Translations under genes and position numbers: made by a program
Assembly (NCBI GenBank): GCA_963834685.1
Contig: CAWICW010000040.1
Span: 10,124 to 34,123, forward strand
Direction of reading: 5' to 3'
DNA length: 24,000 nucleotides
Source of the DNA: an uncultured Actinomycetes bacterium
Lineage (GTDB): Bacteria > Actinomycetota > Actinomycetes > Streptosporangiales > Streptosporangiaceae
The notes under the pieces: generated by a model
The model's input: the letters and a program-made list of their open reading frames with translations, nothing else
The model's database searches: none
Told to the model about the DNA's origin: nothing
Shown here: piece by piece, positions 23,465 to 24,000 of the stretch
Layout: every line of letters starts with the position of its first letter
Position numbering within the stretch: the first letter of the stretch is position 1

Positions 23465-24000
23465 CCGACGCGGGCGTGAACCTCGACGCGGTGCGCCGCA
23501 TCGCCGACGCCGTCCTCTACGAGGGTTACATCCTGTACCCGTACCGGGCCTCATCCCAGAAGAACCGCAGCCGCTGGCAGTTCGGCGTGGTCATGGCGCC
23601 CGGGTACGCCGCGGTCGATCCCTCGGAGAGCAGCGTCACCCAGTCCGAGTGGGTGCTCGAGCACTCCGGGCAGCCCGCCGTCCAGGTCATCCTGCGGTTC
23701 CTGCACGTTCAGCGGCGCAGCACCGAAGGCGCGGCGGGCGCCTGGGACGAGGCGGTGGAACGCGAGATCGAGTTCACCGCCGGTCCCGACGACCTGCTCG
23801 GCCCGGGCCTGGTCAGGGAGTTCTCGATCCCCGGCGGGGAAGATCGCGAACCATCCGCAGACGCGGGGATGGCAGTCCGGCACCGGGAACCCCTGGCCGG
23901 CCTGGTTTGCGTGCGCACCACCCCGGTGCCGGGCCCGTGGCGGGCGGTCCGGCTCCAGGTCAAGGTGGAGAACCGGACCACGGCCGAGCCCGCGCCCGCG
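23461..24000 (+). CDS. Conserved hypothetical protein, 5' part only (runs off the right edge)
   Basis: It is not in the ORF track because it has no stop in the window. The ATG at 23461 overlaps the previous stop (ATGA). 180 codons are open to the edge with high GC3: MTDAGVNLDAVRRIADAVLYEGYILYPYRASSQKNRSRWQFGVVMAPGY... Confidence 0.65.
   Translation, partial: MTDAGVNLDAVRRIADAVLYEGYILYPYRASSQKNRSRWQFGVVMAPGYAAVDPSESSVTQSEWVLEHSGQPAVQVILRFLHVQRRSTEGAAGAWDEAVEREIEFTAGPDDLLGPGLVREFSIPGGEDREPSADAGMAVRHREPLAGLVCVRTTPVPGPWRAVRLQVKVENRTTAEPAPA

Overview
This is a very GC-rich, gene-dense window (about 70 percent GC by eye, not computed) and looks like an actinobacterial-type chromosome. I recognised no rRNA, tRNA, CRISPR array, IS element or integrase. 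Many long ORFs in the supplied track are antisense or alternate-frame shadows, which is typical at this GC content. I called genes from recognisable protein motifs, GC3 bias, ribosome-binding sites and start/stop coupling.

Left third (1-8.3 kb), a mixed accessory set:
- A ThDP-dependent acetolactate-synthase-like enzyme, truncated by the left edge.
- A 28-bp tandem hairpin repeat.
- An apparently frameshifted two-domain extradiol dioxygenase.
- A CsoR/RcnR-family repressor plus a thioredoxin, each preceded by an ATACCCC..GGGTA palindrome.
- An ABC-2 exporter pair.
- An internally deleted NADP-oxidoreductase remnant.
- A divergent TetR / DHA2-MFS pair.
- A GNAT acetyltransferase.

Right two thirds (8.4-24 kb), a compact carbon-fixation / hydrogen-oxidation island:
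- cbbL-cbbS-cbbX (red-type form I RuBisCO plus its activase) on the minus strand.
- A co-directional NarL-type response regulator and a soluble GAF histidine kinase directly upstream of cbbL.
- A divergent unit of phosphoribulokinase, LysR (CbbR-like), a small membrane ORF and a class I aldolase.
- YceI and an HTH protein.
- A 0.6-kb non-coding gap.
- hhyS-hhyL (group 1h/5 [NiFe]-hydrogenase signatures, no Tat signal) followed by a NifU-like ORF and three conserved unknown ORFs, the last running off the right edge.

The most interesting leads:
- The two-component system wired into the RuBisCO operon.
- The unusual regulator and gene order of the CBB genes.
- The His-less CsoR-like/thioredoxin module with paired operators.
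- The uncharacterised ORFs and long leader around the hydrogenase.
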